DNA of 64,000 nucleotides from Octopus vulgaris (Eukaryota): NCBI GenBank assembly GCA_951406725.2, contig OX597831.1, positions 13,826,001 to 13,890,000 of the forward strand, read 5' to 3'. Shown piece by piece: positions 29,291 to 43,884 of this stretch (position 1 is its first letter; each line of letters starts with the position of its first letter). The notes under the pieces were generated by a model. It saw only the letters and a program-made list of their open reading frames with translations, ran no database searches and was not told where the DNA came from. The position numbers and the translations under genes were made by a program.

Positions 29291-29373
29291 CAAATTGAAA
29301 CTTATACAGAGATTAAGAGATTTAATATAAATACTTATGACGATGAAAACTGCTTTATATTGTAGCTACTTAC

Positions 29374-29410
29374 GAACAATAACAAGATACCAGTATAGAA
29401 AAATTTTCAT
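29374..29410 (-). CDS. Gene A first coding exon: MKIFLYWYLVIV (signal peptide start)
   Basis: ATG...GTTC|gtaagt, 37 nt; exon probably begins at the conserved acceptor ctttcag|29482. Confidence 0.83.
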
Positions 29411-29846
29411 CCTGAACATTCCTATTCAAGTGTCTATATTTCTTATAGAGAGAAATGACGCAACAGCTGTCGTCTGTCCTCACTGAAAGTATATATCCAT
29501 TCGCTGCACAAAATACAGTATAGCCTTTTGTCTGACATTTAATGATTTAAGTGATTATAGAATTACCTTAATGATTTAACATGCCATGATATGTTTTAGT
29601 TGCATAGTTCATCTATTAGAAATGCTTTATATATTTGCTTTTGATTTGTCATGGCAAGGAGGTCAGCTGCCACCATCAGCAAATCTATATTATATTTGTG
29701 CATACAGTAGAATCCTTGTGCATTTATTTAAGCATACGTAAGTGTTTCGCTGTATATTTGGAAATGATTTCTTTTCTCATAATCCACACCTCGTCCACCA
29801 TCTATACACATAGATATCGGAAAAAGCTCGCATGTAGTTATATTTA

Positions 29847-30950
29847 TTAGTTAGTTAGTTAGTTAATTTGGCTCAAAAGCAAATAGCAAGGCCATGTAGG
29901 GGGACATGGAGTTAAGTACAGGGTGGTGTTCATGTAAAGAGTTCAGGCCACTTGAGGTCCAGGGAGGCTTTGAACAAAGCGGTCGTCGGCATCTTCACCA
30001 TCTCGTCTTGCAGCTTGTTCCACGGATCCGCAACCCGGACGGAGAAAGCTCCTCTCCTTCGATTGAGATGAAATCGTCGCAGGTAGAGCTTTTCGGAATG
30101 ACCCCGCAGCCGACGCTCTGGAGCAGGAGTGAAGAACAGCTCTTTCGAGAGGTTACACTTCCCGCTTATGATGTTGTGGGCGAGAATGAGACCACCACGG
30201 CGGCGGCGTTTTTCAAGAGAACAAAGGTCGAGCGTCCTCAGCCTTTCTTCGTAGGACAAATTTTTGAGACCATGAACCATGCGGGTAGCCAGCTTCTGGA
30301 CTCTTTCGAGGTGCTGTATGTCTTTGAGGAGATAAGGAGAAGAGGCTTGAATCCCATACTCCAATATGGGTCTCACCAGCGTGACATAGAGTGGCAGGAA
30401 TATGGCTGCTGTGAGCATTCCGAATGACCGTCGAATCAAAAACAGAATTCCGCGCGCTTTGTTGGCAGCATGGACGCACTGGGCCGAAGGCGAAAAGGAT
30501 GAATCCACCAAGATACCCAGGTCCTTTACCTGATCGGTCCTCTCCAGCAGCAGACGACCCGGCTCGAAATCAAGTTGAGTTGCAGGAGTAGAGCCGACAG
30601 GCAGATGACAGCACTTTGACACGTTCAGACTCAGGTCCCAATCGTTAGACCACTTCCAAATTTGGTGGAGGCATCGACGAAGATCCTCTATACTACCGCG
30701 AGGAGCGACCAGTTTGATATCGTCGGCAAATAGAAGGGTGTGTTGCGTGAGGTCGTCGGGCAAGTCATTTATGAAGACTAAGAACAACAAGGGCCCAAGC
30801 ACTGAACCTTGAGGCACGCCACTGCTCGCACTGGAGACGTCGGACCGCGAACCATTAACTTGAACTTGGAAGGAGCGATCTGAGAGGAAGGCACCAACCC
30901 ATCGTACAATATCCGGATGGAAACTATATGCTTGAAGCTTGACAAGTATT
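29847..30950 (-). mobile_element. 5'-truncated CR1-type LINE with (TAAC)n tail
   Basis: 341-aa ORF with GVPQGSVLGPLLF, FADDIK, LERVQKLATRMV; ttag repeats at 29847-29865. Confidence 0.93.
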
Positions 30951-32522
30951 AACATATATATGTCTGTTTTCTCATCAGAATATACTTATCTCCGCTAAAT
31001 TATGTTGGGATATCTTATTAGCAACATAATTGAATATACTTATCAAGGTAATATACCATAAATTAAAATTAATGTAGTTAGGTATTTAGTTCTCCACCTA
31101 ACTTTAAATATATAGCACATCAAAAAATATAAGTGCATCAAATTTTTCTTTTAAAAAACTGAAAAAAAAAATAATAATAAATGAATAAATAAATAATATT
31201 TATATGTTTTATATGGTTTCAATAATTGCCTGTTATTATTGTTATTTTTATTTAAATAATTAATCTAATAGCTTTCAATATTTATTCAAATTTGAAATTG
31301 TTTGCATTACAATGGTTATTCACATTTTAGAGATTCTTTTTATTGCTTCAAATATTTTCACCTCAGATTTCAATCCTATTCTATGGATTGTAACCAAAGA
31401 AATGAAATAGCAAAAAAAACAATGGAAGGAAAATCACTGAATTCGAGAAACTTAAAGGTCGGCTTTGTCTTTCATCCTTTCGGGGTCGATAAATTAAGTA
31501 CCAATGAAACCCTGATGTGAATGTGATCGACTAGTCCCCTCCTGCAAAATAGTTGTTCAGTTTTCTTCTTTCTCTTGTAGCAAGAATAGCTAGGAGAAAA
31601 ACGAAACTATAATTTTTAGAGTGGCATGGAACACAATGGTGGTTAGAGGTAGGTTTTCCGTTTCCGATTTATCTATCTGCTCATCTAAGAATAGAAGTCT
31701 GCGTATATTTAGAATAAAGAGCAAAGTGGGTTCACAGCTCCTAGCTGGCTGTTGGTCATAAATTTCATACTATCACAGATACCCACCCCCAAGCCACAAG
31801 AAAAAGGAACAAAACTTTAGAAAGAATCAATTAGATAGACGTAACTGTCTATAAAATAGGTAGGGTGGGGGTGACTTTAATTAATGATGTTGTTACCAGT
31901 TAAAGGGGCAAAACACTATGAAGACTTAGGATGCTACAATGAGATGCAAGGAATATATTCGGGGCTCAGTGGGAGATCGTTTATAAACAATATTATTATG
32001 TTGTATAGGAATAAAATTAGAATTTAAAAGAATAACTTAGAAAGTTATATCATAACCAACTTAGCCTAAAGAGATTTATAGATTACTATTATGTAGAATC
32101 AAGTTAAATACCTCATCTTTACTTAATTATTAGGTGGTCACTATAAAGACCATTCAAGTTACTTATTCAATTAACTGGAGCCGCTTGAGACAGCCGTGTT
32201 GCATTACTGCTTGGTATTCTGTAATTTTGATTATATGTATGTATATATATAATGAACATATATACATAAGAACATATATAAACGCATGTATGTATACAAG
32301 TTCATTCAAGCATATTTATATATAACTTACATAATGTAAACATAAAATTATACAAGTATATACAAACAACAATACACATACATAAACAAAGATACGTATG
32401 TATATTTTCATGATACTAAGACAATATCTTTAAGTGGACATTGGTTAGTCCTCGTACAAGTTTGTTATTTTTCAATACTATAAGAATTGTTATTACAATT
32501 AATAATTCAAGTTAAAATTTTG

Positions 32523-32528
32523 TTTATT
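32523..32528 (-). terminator. Candidate polyadenylation signal (AATAAA) of gene B
   Basis: Conserved in homologous flanks at 4514 and 63455. Confidence 0.5.
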
Positions 32529-33026
32529 GATACAAGTTTTCCTCTTTATGTTCGCCGTAATTTAAGAATTAATTACTGAGTAGTATACTCAACGAGAACA
32601 AAAGAATAAAAAAGATATTTTTTATATAGCTTTCGTGGAATTAATTTTGATGGCAAATAATCTGGGTGAAATCGCTACAGACAAGTCTAAACAGACAATT
32701 AGTTCACATTTGTCAAAGCTATTTGGAACCAATACAATTGTCATACGACTAATATGATAGTAAGATTGTTCTTAACATGTCATAACACTTGTTATGGAGA
32801 TATATGTAAAGTTGCTACTTAGAGATTAAATATTACTTTTTTCGCTGATATTCATAACGCAGAGACGTATTAGTAATAGAATAATAAATGTCATAACATG
32901 AATGTGATAGTAAAGTCAGTATTAACCCGTCATCTTAACATTTATTACAATGATATATTACACTGTAACTAAAGGAGATGACATTATTTTACACGGTCAC
33001 TATAGAATATTTGTGATGCACAGATA

Positions 33027-33976
33027 CTTTATATAATAAAGACGAACATTTGTGTGTATTTGTCGATTGTTAGGAAGAAGGGCTACAGCATCTACATAAA
33101 AATAAGAGTTAATTCTTGTGTAAAATATTCCGAAGAAGACAACGGAAGTGGTCCCGAGTCTCTAAGTGCTCCCCTAAGGAAGTTATGGGCCTTTTCCAAA
33201 ATGTTGCGCATAACGTAGTTCCCATCAAAAAATGCCCGGTCTAAGGGGGTTTACATACATACACACAAACACATGAATATGCAGAATGCATACATACATA
33301 TGTGCAAAAACACCCATACACCCACACATAGGTGCATACTTGCATAGTTACATACATACATATTTGTTTACACATGCACGCTGACACACGCGCGCAAACG
33401 AAACAATCAAACAAAAAGAAACGCAGCTCCGAAGACGAGCGAGAGCCAGCAATTGTTAAAGACGTTGCAAGAAGCAACGAAAAGTTTAGAAGAAAAAATA
33501 ATAAATGAGTGGACATAGAAACGGTGAGTGTGAATAATACATGAAAACAGAATGACTCTCACCAGACATAGCAAAACAAAATGAAACTTCTGGGAAAAAT
33601 ATTATCAGAAATTCATTTATGGTTTATTTTTCACGTTTTACGATGTTTGCTCTTCATTTCTCTCCTTCATTATGTGTAAGAAGAAATGTGCTACTCACAG
33701 AAACAGACTGTTACTATATATTCCTATTAAATTCGTGTGAAGTTTAATAGCATTATCATATTGCTTTTATTCGTTTTATATTTATATCTTCGAGCCACTA
33801 GGCTATTCGTCTAAGAAAAGCTATTTGTATTTTTGTTTGTGGCAATACTTAAGCTCAATAAATAAGTTAATAGCCAATTCTTATATATCTTCATGAAGTG
33901 AATAACTTTCAATATTCGTAGTACAACTTTGTTAGTTTTTTTTTCAACCCAGTCAATGATGGGTGTTTTAGCCAGT
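33027..33976 (+). mobile_element. Probable non-autonomous Helitron-like insertion in the gene B 3' region
   Basis: Absent from the homologous gene A sequence (about 6030); starts ctttatataataaag, ends in a degenerate hairpin (ccc..ggg) plus ccagt, like the ends at 46642 and 51659. Confidence 0.55.
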
Positions 33977-34104
33977 ATTATATACATGTAAATTCTGCGT
34001 CATATATTCTGAAAATGATTTAGTGAGAGAAAACATAATTTGGTTATATTTTTATAAATAGTCTCAAAATAGATACATTATTTTTCAGCCGACTTCGAAT
34101 TGCT

Positions 34105-34199
34105 TCACACCAATATCGGTAGAATGAGAATTGGTAAAATGCGGTAAGGCGATGTAAAACAAGCCGAAGATGGATATTGGGGTTGCGGCGTAGCTTTAG
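34105..34199 (-). CDS. Gene B last coding exon: (P)KATPQPQYPSSACFTSPYRILPILILPILV*, GPI-signal-like tail
   Basis: Acceptor atcttttctag, phase 1, stop TGA; homologous to 6154-6254. Confidence 0.85.
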
Positions 34200-34945
34200 C
34201 TAGAAAAGATATAAAAGATTTTGTTTAGAAAATTAGATTCATTATAAAATAATAAAATTATTTTGTTTCAGGCATTGAATTGCGGTCATGCTTTAGCATA
34301 AAATTTAAGATTTAGCTGGAGAAATTGACTCCAGTACATATTATTTTTCAGTGGCTGATAGTCGATCGTTCTTTTTTGTCGAATTGCTAAGGTGCGGAGT
34401 CGTAAACAAAACGACGTCGGTTTTCAAGTTATGTGGGTGAAACGGACAAAAATATTTATAAACATATGTACACACACTTACACTCACACACACAGATACA
34501 CGCGCACACACAAACACACAGCTCTTCGTACCCACTCCTCAAGAGAGAGAGAGAGCAACCATCTTCAAAAGAGAGCAGCACATTAGAAGAGGATGAAGTA
34601 TTTGATCCAGATTACAGAGTTGCAGCTGAAGAGATAAACTCATATTACACCCAACCAGGAAGGCCTCAGTGACCTGTTGAGAGGTCATTGTCTGCCAAAG
34701 TCCAATACCGAGCTTTTGACGTCGCAACTCGAGCAGGATAACTTGTTACATGAACATGAGTAGTGGGGAATGTCTTGAGAGAGATTCTTTGGGATTTTAA
34801 TAAATATCGTAAGAAAAGCAACGTTTGAAGCAAATATTAGCCATGTTTCATACTTTCTAAGGGTAAGCAAATAGGAAATAACAGTTGCTTCCCAAGGACA
34901 AAATTCGCCTTCCACTTCCACAGAGTTATACTTAAAATATCTTAC

Positions 34946-35037
34946 GAGCGCAGTTAAAGGACTTATATTCTTCGAGATACTTTTGAGAACAAATCCAGCG
35001 TTTTTTTGCAGCACATAATTCATATTCGTAAAAGAAT
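34946..35037 (-). CDS. Gene B exon 4: (R)FFYEYELCAAKKRWICSQKYLEEYKSFNCA
   Basis: cctttcag|92 nt|gtaaga, phase 2-1. Confidence 0.9.
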
Positions 35038-35438
35038 CTGAAAGGTAAATGCAAAGCAGTAGATAATATTTTAGAAAAGAAGACTTAATAGAGTTGGTAA
35101 TAAATATAACACATCCAACTGTCACGTGATACCTTATATGGCATAGAAATATGTATCATGCTTTCATTAATTTACGTTTGGTGCCTACATAATTACAATC
35201 GGATGTAAACAAAGCAGATAATCAGAGCCTTTCCAAAGATCCCTCAACAGAAAACAATGGATGAGACAGATTGACGAATAGAGGTTGTACTCATTACAGC
35301 CTGAAAATGAAGTACTTTTCTCAAGGAAGATTGGCTCCGATTGGTTCAGCGTTTATACCTCTGCTCTTATGATCAGAACCGTATACCAAAACCAATATCA
35401 AGTCTGACAATATTTTTTATTATTCATGTGTTTCACAT

Positions 35439-38068
35439 CAGTAGTTCTCAAAGTGTGCTCTGAGAGCCATTAGTGGGCTTGAGAAAACTGCAAGTGGACC
35501 TGGTGGTAATCCCAAATAATATTTAGGCTTTGAAATTCCGTGTTTTTCCTCTGCAATGGAAATATTACGCTAGTGCGCTGGCACCAAGTTATAATAGGAA
35601 CACTAAAAGATTCTAAAGGTCGCGCTATTCTAGTACCTGCACGTGCAGGGAGTGCGCATGTATAAGTTCTCTGAGCTCAGTACGCATCAAAACGTCTATA
35701 CGTGTGCACTCCGTTATCTGTCTCGAGTCGAACTTCTTGGACTATTTATTGGCGGCTGATTGACCAATAATGATAAGAAGAGCAACCATCTCAGTCATCC
35801 ACAGCACATGAGAACGTTGTTGAAGCCTGTAAAAACAAGCACTCAGTACTCTACTCAAAATCACATTGTCTGCTCCTATTATTTGCCTTTGAATTTGAGA
35901 CCGGTAATTTTGGTATATTCAATGTTAGTTGTTGAGTTACAAATATGATAATTAAGAAAAATTATATCGTGGATTTCAAAGCGACTATTTCATTTGTATA
36001 CTGTTAGCCCTGTTAATCAATCTTTTCACAATTAGATATTAATAATTTACCAAGGTTTTATTACTTAAATATAATGTCTCGCTTAAACGTTAACGTTTGT
36101 TTTTGTTTGCTTTTTCTATGTGACAAAGATTTTCTTTCTTCACACGTTTTTGCGTTTTGCTTTTAGTACTCTTCCATTTTCCACAATGACCACAAAAAGT
36201 TCAAACAAAAGCAAGATTATACGTCATTACCAGCAACATTTCTCATTCCTTGGCTTTTTACTCAATGTGTAGATTGTGGATGGATAATGACAAATAATTC
36301 CATGAATAGATCGAAGTTACATGCACATCAGCAACTGAGACATCCTGGTACCGTAAGCAAAGAATGAAGTTATTCTAAGAAGAAGGCGGAATTACGAAAT
36401 AGGAATAAACTGAAACCACTTCATTTGTATATGAAAAGAGAAAATGAACAGAAGAAGCAACTTAGAATCAGCTATACATTGACTTGCTTGCTAAAGTAGG
36501 TAAACCTCACATAATTGGAGAATGCCTGCTGAAACCAGCAATGGTGACGTGTGCAAAGGAATTAGTAGGACAAGAGACCGCGAACATTTTACAGAAAATC
36601 CCTCTCTTCAATAAAACAAAGGCGAAATAAAGGCAGGATGAAATGGCAGAAAATCTGTGTGTAAAACTAAGAGTTATCAAGTTCTAACTTCAAATTGATA
36701 AGACAGCAATTACAAACTCTGCCTTATTACTGACTTATGTTCGCAGCATTTATGGAATAAAAGTTCTTGAAGAAATGTTATTCGTGAAGAAGTTGCCAGG
36801 TACACGAAACGATACTATATATTCAGCTGTATGCGGTTACCTGTAGGAAAAAATCTCTCTGTCGAATCTATTGCAGATCGCAACAGGCGGTGGCAGCGCT
36901 ATGACTGGCAAACATGGTGGAATCATTGTAAAATCAAAAGACGCTTCCCCTCATATAGCGTCAGTTCACTGCATTATTCATCAAGAACATCTTTCTGCTA
37001 AATCTCTCAATGATGGAAACAGCATTGGAAGTTGCCAATTCAGCGGTGAATTTTATCAAAACTAATGTTTTTCATGGCAAAACACTTCAGTAATTACGCG
37101 AAAACGAGGATCACCAGATAATTCGCATGCACATTGAAGAGTGGTTGCTTTCGAATGTCAATTTTCTCGGTCGTCAAGCTGAAAAGGGGAATATGGTTCT
37201 TAACTTTGCTCAGCACATGAAAAAACAGAATTGTAGTAAAAGCAGAAAAATAAACCCTTCGAATTTGTGTTCAGCGATGTTTGAAAATGGTAGGAAAGCA
37301 AGCATTTTCTACTTGTCAGATATGTTTGCGCTTGTTAATTACATCAACAAGACATTGCCGGGGTAAAAGGAGAAGGGCGAAATGCCACTGTTCTCGACTG
37401 TATCGGGATAACGCGCGCTTTTATAAATAAAATAAGCCTCTGGAAAGTATTTCTGCAAAAGAATGTTTTGCCTTCTTTTGCATTTTACCATAACCTGTCC
37501 CATCACAGAATTCAAAGCGAGCTGTATAAACTAGTTGCAGATGTTAAAAGAAGGCATCGATAGAAGGCTTGAAGATGTCATCGAAATCAGTCTACCAAAA
37601 TGGATTGCCGGCTTTGCTAATTTGATGTCTTAAGTGACCAAGACATTGGAGCCTATCGTTGGCGAGGGTGTTTAGCTGCCAGAAAGCAATCCATTGATGG
37701 GGAGACTTGAAAAGCAAGGATTGATGGGATGGCTGGAAGTAGAATCATCCTATCTCTCCTCTTTGAAAAGGTTGTTCCATTCTCAGTATGCTTTCCTACC
37801 ATCTGGCTGGTTGAGACAGGACTTTCTGCGGCAAATGATGTGCTGACAAATAAGTGAAATGCTTTGCAAAATGAAAAGAAATGATTTATGCTTGAAATTG
37901 AACCAAGATTTGAAAGTTGAGTTGGACAAACCGATAGTAAGACATCAACAGCATATTTTCTATTTTCTTCCAGATTTTGTAAATATTTTATCTCTCATCG
38001 AAATTTTCGATTTCAGTGTGTGAGCGTAGGAAATGTGGGCCTGAGGGAAAAAGGTTTAAGGACCACTG
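35439..38068 (+). mobile_element. Decayed hAT (Charlie/Buster-like) transposon in gene B intron 3
   Basis: TIRs CAGTAGTTCTCAAA / CAGTGGTCCTTAAA; remnants KPHIIGECLLKPAM and HCIIHQEHL; 8-bp target ctttaaat is single at the paralogous site near 8057. Confidence 0.85.
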
Positions 38069-38483
38069 CTTTAAATTGTCTAATTTATACCTATACTGGG
38101 AGTTCAAGTTGTATTAAGATACTTTCTTCGATATTTTCTGTCAAAAATCAAATTTTATAATGACTTTTGCCACCGAAATATTAATTCAAAATTTTGGCTA
38201 AAGGCCAGCAATATCAGGGGCGGGATTAAACCGATTAGATCAATCACACTGCTCAACTAGCATTTATTTTATCGATTCCCACTTTAATATATCACTGAAA
38301 TTAATCCGGTGGATTTAGTTTTCAGGACACACTACCCAACAATTTTTTGTCGAGTTCCACTGTCACAGAAAAATATTTAAGATTAGCATTCGACGGTATC
38401 ATTGTTTATGAAAATGAAAATGAAATATAATTATTAGTTGCGACAAAAAAAATAGTAAAAAAAGTTAATAAAATATTATGTAC

Positions 38484-38580
38484 CGACAGTTGTCTGCTCG
38501 ACTACCTGTGTAATATTGCATCGTTTCAGGGCAAAGTAATTGGGGCTCACATAGGCGGACCTGAAATATTTCCTCTAGTG
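38484..38580 (-). CDS. Gene B exon 3: (T)LEEIFQVRLCEPQLLCPETMQYYTGSRADNC
   Basis: aattttcag|97 nt|gtacat, phase 1-2. Confidence 0.87.
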
Positions 38581-38807
38581 CTGAAAATTAAATAATTTTA
38601 ATATCAATATTAATGTCACAGTGGAAAAGTATTATAAAATAGATTCTAAAGTTTAAAAAATGTGTATTTAGTTAGAAATTTGGTTATCATTATCGACTGG
38701 AAATTATAATGTGTAATTGAATGGATGAAGAAAACATCGAAAAAATCTATTATATTCAATCAATTTGTTTGTGATGTTTAGTTATAGAGACATATACATA
38801 TACATGC

Positions 38808-39066
<259 letters not shown>

Positions 39067-39432
39067 TGAGGGAGATAAATTAATATTAATTTTAATATCA
39101 ATTTAAAACCAGTAGTCCAGCATTCAAAAAATCTGAGGAGTCAGAGAAAATTCAGAGAAAATTGGTTCTGGTGTTCGCTGAATTCTTCCTCTAGAGAATT
39201 TCCCTTGTAGTTTGATCGTTTATGATCTATTTCTAGCATTCTGGCCGGCTACCTAGCAGGCCAGCCCTGCCTATATATATATATATATATATATATATAG
39301 ATAAAGGGAAAGTTTACAAAAAAGAACAAAAGACGAAGACAGGTGGTGTACAAAACAAACAAATGTATTAGTATAGCGCTCAGGAATAGAAAAAGGCTTT
39401 TGCGTTTCGAGCCTACGCTCTTCTACAGAAAG

Positions 39433-39533
<101 letters not shown>

Positions 39534-40104
39534 GTTGTAAAGTTCCCTTTACTTAAATAGTGAAACGGTCTGCCAAGATAGTGATGAAGTTATAACTCCT
39601 CAAAGATCTGATTTTAGATGTTCTGAAGACTACATTCTCTCTATTGTCTTCGGTATGTAGACAACGGGGTCACAATTCTCACACGTCCGTCCCAACCGCC
39701 ACCACATACATACTCTAGCCTATGCCAGTTTCTGGTGTGTCTGTCGCTGTACTGTCCTTTTTACAATCTGCTAAAAACTTTAGCAGCGGAATCATTGTAA
39801 ATATTTGCTCTCTGTTGATGATATGAACATGTTTAAATATCTAACTTGTCCTTTATGCTTGAAGCCTATGTGGGCTTCTGATGAGAACAGTATGCTTTGT
39901 AATGATGTAATACTTTCATTGATACATTTATCAGGAGTAACAGACTGATTCAAGGTCTGAGAGTTTCGGTTGCCATAAAACTCCGAGTTTCGGATGTTGG
40001 AGTAATTTTCTGCCCCGACATCCGAAAATCTGAGTCTTGTTATGGCAACCGAATAATTGTCACATATTACATTACACATATATATATGTATATATATATA
40101 TATA

Positions 40105-41369
40105 CGAGGGACGTTCAATAAGTAATGCCTCTGACCCACTTGCAGTTGTTGGATCTAGCTAAAATTTTGCATGTGCAATCATCTATATCTCTATAGAGTA
40201 AGTGGAAAATTACTTGTGGTTTCTGATTTACAGGTGTTTGAACCGAGTCAAGTGTGAAATGGAGCCTGTTGAGTGTCGAGCAGTGATCCGGTTTTTGTAT
40301 TTGAAAGGACGCACACCATGGGAGACTTTTGATGAAATGAAAGTAACTTATGGTGATGATACCCCATCATATGACCTTGTAAAACGCTGGCATCGTAAAT
40401 TCGGAACTCTGTGGAAACAGCTCCAGATCTGGTCGCCCCTTCTGCCATTGATGAGGCTTCTGTCCGTCAAGTTGAGGCTGCCATTTTGGAAGATCGACGC
40501 ATAATTATTCGCCAAATAGCCCATAAGGTCAAGATTAGTACCGGGTCTGTGGAAACTATCATTCATGACCATTTGCATATGCAAAAGGTGTCTGCCAGAT
40601 GGATTCCCAGGTTGCTCACACCTTTCCAGAAGCAAGAACGCGTCGAGTGCTCGAGGATGAATTTGGAGATGTGCCAAGAAGATGAGTCAAAATTTTTCAA
40701 AAGACTGATTACACAGGATGAAACCTGGGTCCATCCCGATGATCCAGAGACCAAAGCCCAGTCAATGCAGTGGAAGCACCGTGACTCACCCCCTCCAAAG
40801 AAGGCAAGGGCGCAGCCCTCCGCTGGCAAGGTCATGCTCACAGTCTTCTGGGACCAGGACGGAGTAGTGATGACAGATTTCCTGGCAAAGGGTACCACAA
40901 TTGCAGGAGCCTATTATGCTTCACTTTTGAGGAAATTAAGAGAAGTTATCAAAATCAAGAGGCGGGGCAAGATCAGCAAAGACATCCTCCTCCTGCAGGA
41001 CAACGCTCTTGTCCACAACTCGTTTGTCGCCAGATCAGAAGCACAGGCGTATGGCTATGAACTCCTCCCCCATCCCCCTACTCTCCTGACCTTGCACCCT
41101 CTGATTTTCACCTCTTCCCAGTCATGAAGTTGTTTTTGAAAGGAAAGCGTTTCCCAGATGATGCAGCCTTGATTTCTGAAGTCACGTTCAGGTTGGAGGA
41201 CCAAGCTGGGGTCTTCTACAAAAACGGTCTCCAGAGCTGCATCAAACAATGGGAGAAATGCATAACTCTGGGTGGTTCCTATGTAGAAAAAGACTAATAA
41301 CTGTGCCAAGTTTTGTTGCTCTACTGCTATGGGAAGTGGGTCAGGGGCATTACTTATTGAACGCCCCTC

Positions 41370-41370
<1 letters not shown>
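40105..41370 (+). mobile_element. Full-length mariner transposon with frameshifted transposase
   Basis: TA flanks; TIR cgagggacgttcaataagtaatgcc / ggcattacttattgaacgcccctcg; WIPRLL, DETW, LQDNA; SPDLAPSD in a shifted frame. Confidence 0.95.
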
Positions 41371-41447
<77 letters not shown>

Positions 41448-41584
41448 TTACGCATGCACATATATACATACGTGTGAATACATATAAGTTATATCTATAA
41501 GTATAAACATTCATACGACACTCTACGCACGCGTATTCACAGACACACACAGACACACAGACATACACACATACATATATACAT

Positions 41585-41625
<41 letters not shown>

Positions 41626-41862
41626 AAAACGCAAGAAATAAAATGACCTATGATATGCAGAAAAAGGCACATACCATTGTAGTACTGTCGTAGTTCCTCT
41701 ACCTTTTTAGCTATAATTTAAAGGAAAAGAATAAATATATATATCCTATATGAATATATATTATGTATGTGTATTTAACATAGACCTGTATTCTTTTTAA
41801 AGTACTTTATCATCAATATATAAACGTCTACACATTTCACATATATATATATATATTTATAA

Positions 41863-41916
<54 letters not shown>

Positions 41917-42574
41917 GTATTATGTATGTATCGATATTAATAATACAATAATTGTTTCTTGTCAGGAACAAAAAGATTAATAGGACTACTATAGAAGTGC
42001 TCTATTGGAAGAGACAAAAATATCAAACTAAAATCATTGAACAAACAAATTTGTATTATGTATGTATATATGTATGTGTGTATGTATAAAACAAAAGATG
42101 ACAACGGAAAACCCAAATGTCATAACTTTTTCTGGTGTTACCTCCTTGTTTTTATTACCGCTCTATACTCATATGACATGGTGTTTTGGACAAAACGTAT
42201 ATTGAGTTCTACATCAGATTATTAGCCTTGCTATGCCTATGCGAAATATGTGTGTGCATGTGTGTGCGCACGCATGTTGTGTGTGTTTGTGTGTGTGTGC
42301 GCGCGCATGTTGTGTGTGTTTGTGTGTGTGTGTGTGTAAAAAGTTTGGATTATATCCGTCTTTTAATTTGAAGGTTTTCAAAAAAATATTTCTAAAATAG
42401 ATTCTTCATATTTTGCTGGTAGGTTGCTGGCGTAAGTTTGCGAATAAGAAAATAATACTTTTATATGGTGGGTTGTGAACTTATGGAAAGAAATTTCATA
42501 AAACTCAACAATTTTGTTTAAAATGGAGAAGAGATGTTAAGATATATAAGAAAATTTTAATTTGAAAAAAGGCT

Positions 42575-42810
42575 GCAACAATCCTATGTGAGGGAGAAAG
42601 CAGACAAAGAAGCCTGGGTTATAAAAACATTAAGTCAAACCCAAAGGCCTTCTTTCATTACGCGAACGAAACAGCCTCAGTACACTACAAGACAGTCCAA
42701 CTAAGATCAGTGAGATACTGAATGACCAGTTCAAAAGTGTCTTTACCACCCCGTTAGAACACAGACAATTGAACGAACCAGTGGACTTCTTTGCCGCCTC
42801 ACTTATAACC
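42575..42810 (+). mobile_element. Degenerate internal CR1/L2-group LINE fragment
   Basis: SEILNDQFKSVFTTP resembles the linker region at 15880-15935. Confidence 0.55.
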
Positions 42811-42941
42811 AACAATAGTATTAAAAAGAATATAAAAGTAAATTATTCATTTTAGATATGCTAGTTAAAAAATAGGAAATTGAATTAAAGCAGATGTATT
42901 TTATAAACCGAATGACTCAAGACAATATTTGTTTCGTACTT

Positions 42942-42984
<43 letters not shown>

Positions 42985-43685
42985 CTGTGTGTGTGTGTCT
43001 GTGTGTGTGTATGTGTATAAAGAAATTATTCTTCGTAAAAACAAATTAATGAATCTTTGAATTACAATTTATAAATTAGATATAGCAAAACACAAATTAA
43101 GAAGTTAACTTGTAATACAAAACGATATATTATTAAGTCGGTAGTAAAATATATAGAACAAACCATATCTGATATATCTTAGGGAAAGTTTACTAACCAG
43201 CCTCCTCCTTTAGACCTGTGAAAAGCAGAAAATACATTGGAATGAAAGGCGTTACACAAATATATTCAAAACATTAAACATATATATACATGTATTTATA
43301 TGTGTATATATCTCGCTGCCTGGGATTGAACTCCCAATCCGAGTGTTATAATTGTAATATAAGAACCAATATTAAGAAAAAATAAAATATTAGGTTTATA
43401 AGCCCCAAAATTTACTCTCTAATCGCCTACGGGTATATAGTATAGTTGAGTTCATACCCAGGCAGGGACAAAACAGAGAAAAATAACGCCAGAAAGAATA
43501 ACTTATGAATGAAAACAGAGAAACCCATTAGGCAAATAAAGGGTTGGGTTCGAAATTCCACCAGAACACCTGATGAAGGCTGGAGTGTACATCAGCCGAA
43601 ACGTTATGGTCACAAAAAACAAGGTGAGGACACATACGTGTCCAATGTAAATAATGGAATGTGCTTACATATATGTACAGTAATA

Positions 43686-43721
<36 letters not shown>

Positions 43722-43884
43722 CAACAAGGATATCCAAGGTAGTGTAGTACAATCGTTTCATGCTACTTCATTTTATTAAACACTGTAAGTATTACATCAG
43801 TTTTAAAATGTCGAGCAATCTTCAGCCACATATAGAATATCCTTGTTGCTTATTTTGATTATAATCACCCCATTTGATTTAAAT

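Noticed and set aside
34685-35125. 146-aa single-exon ORF
   Set aside because: Overlaps gene B exon 4 in a different frame, and that frame is not open in paralog A
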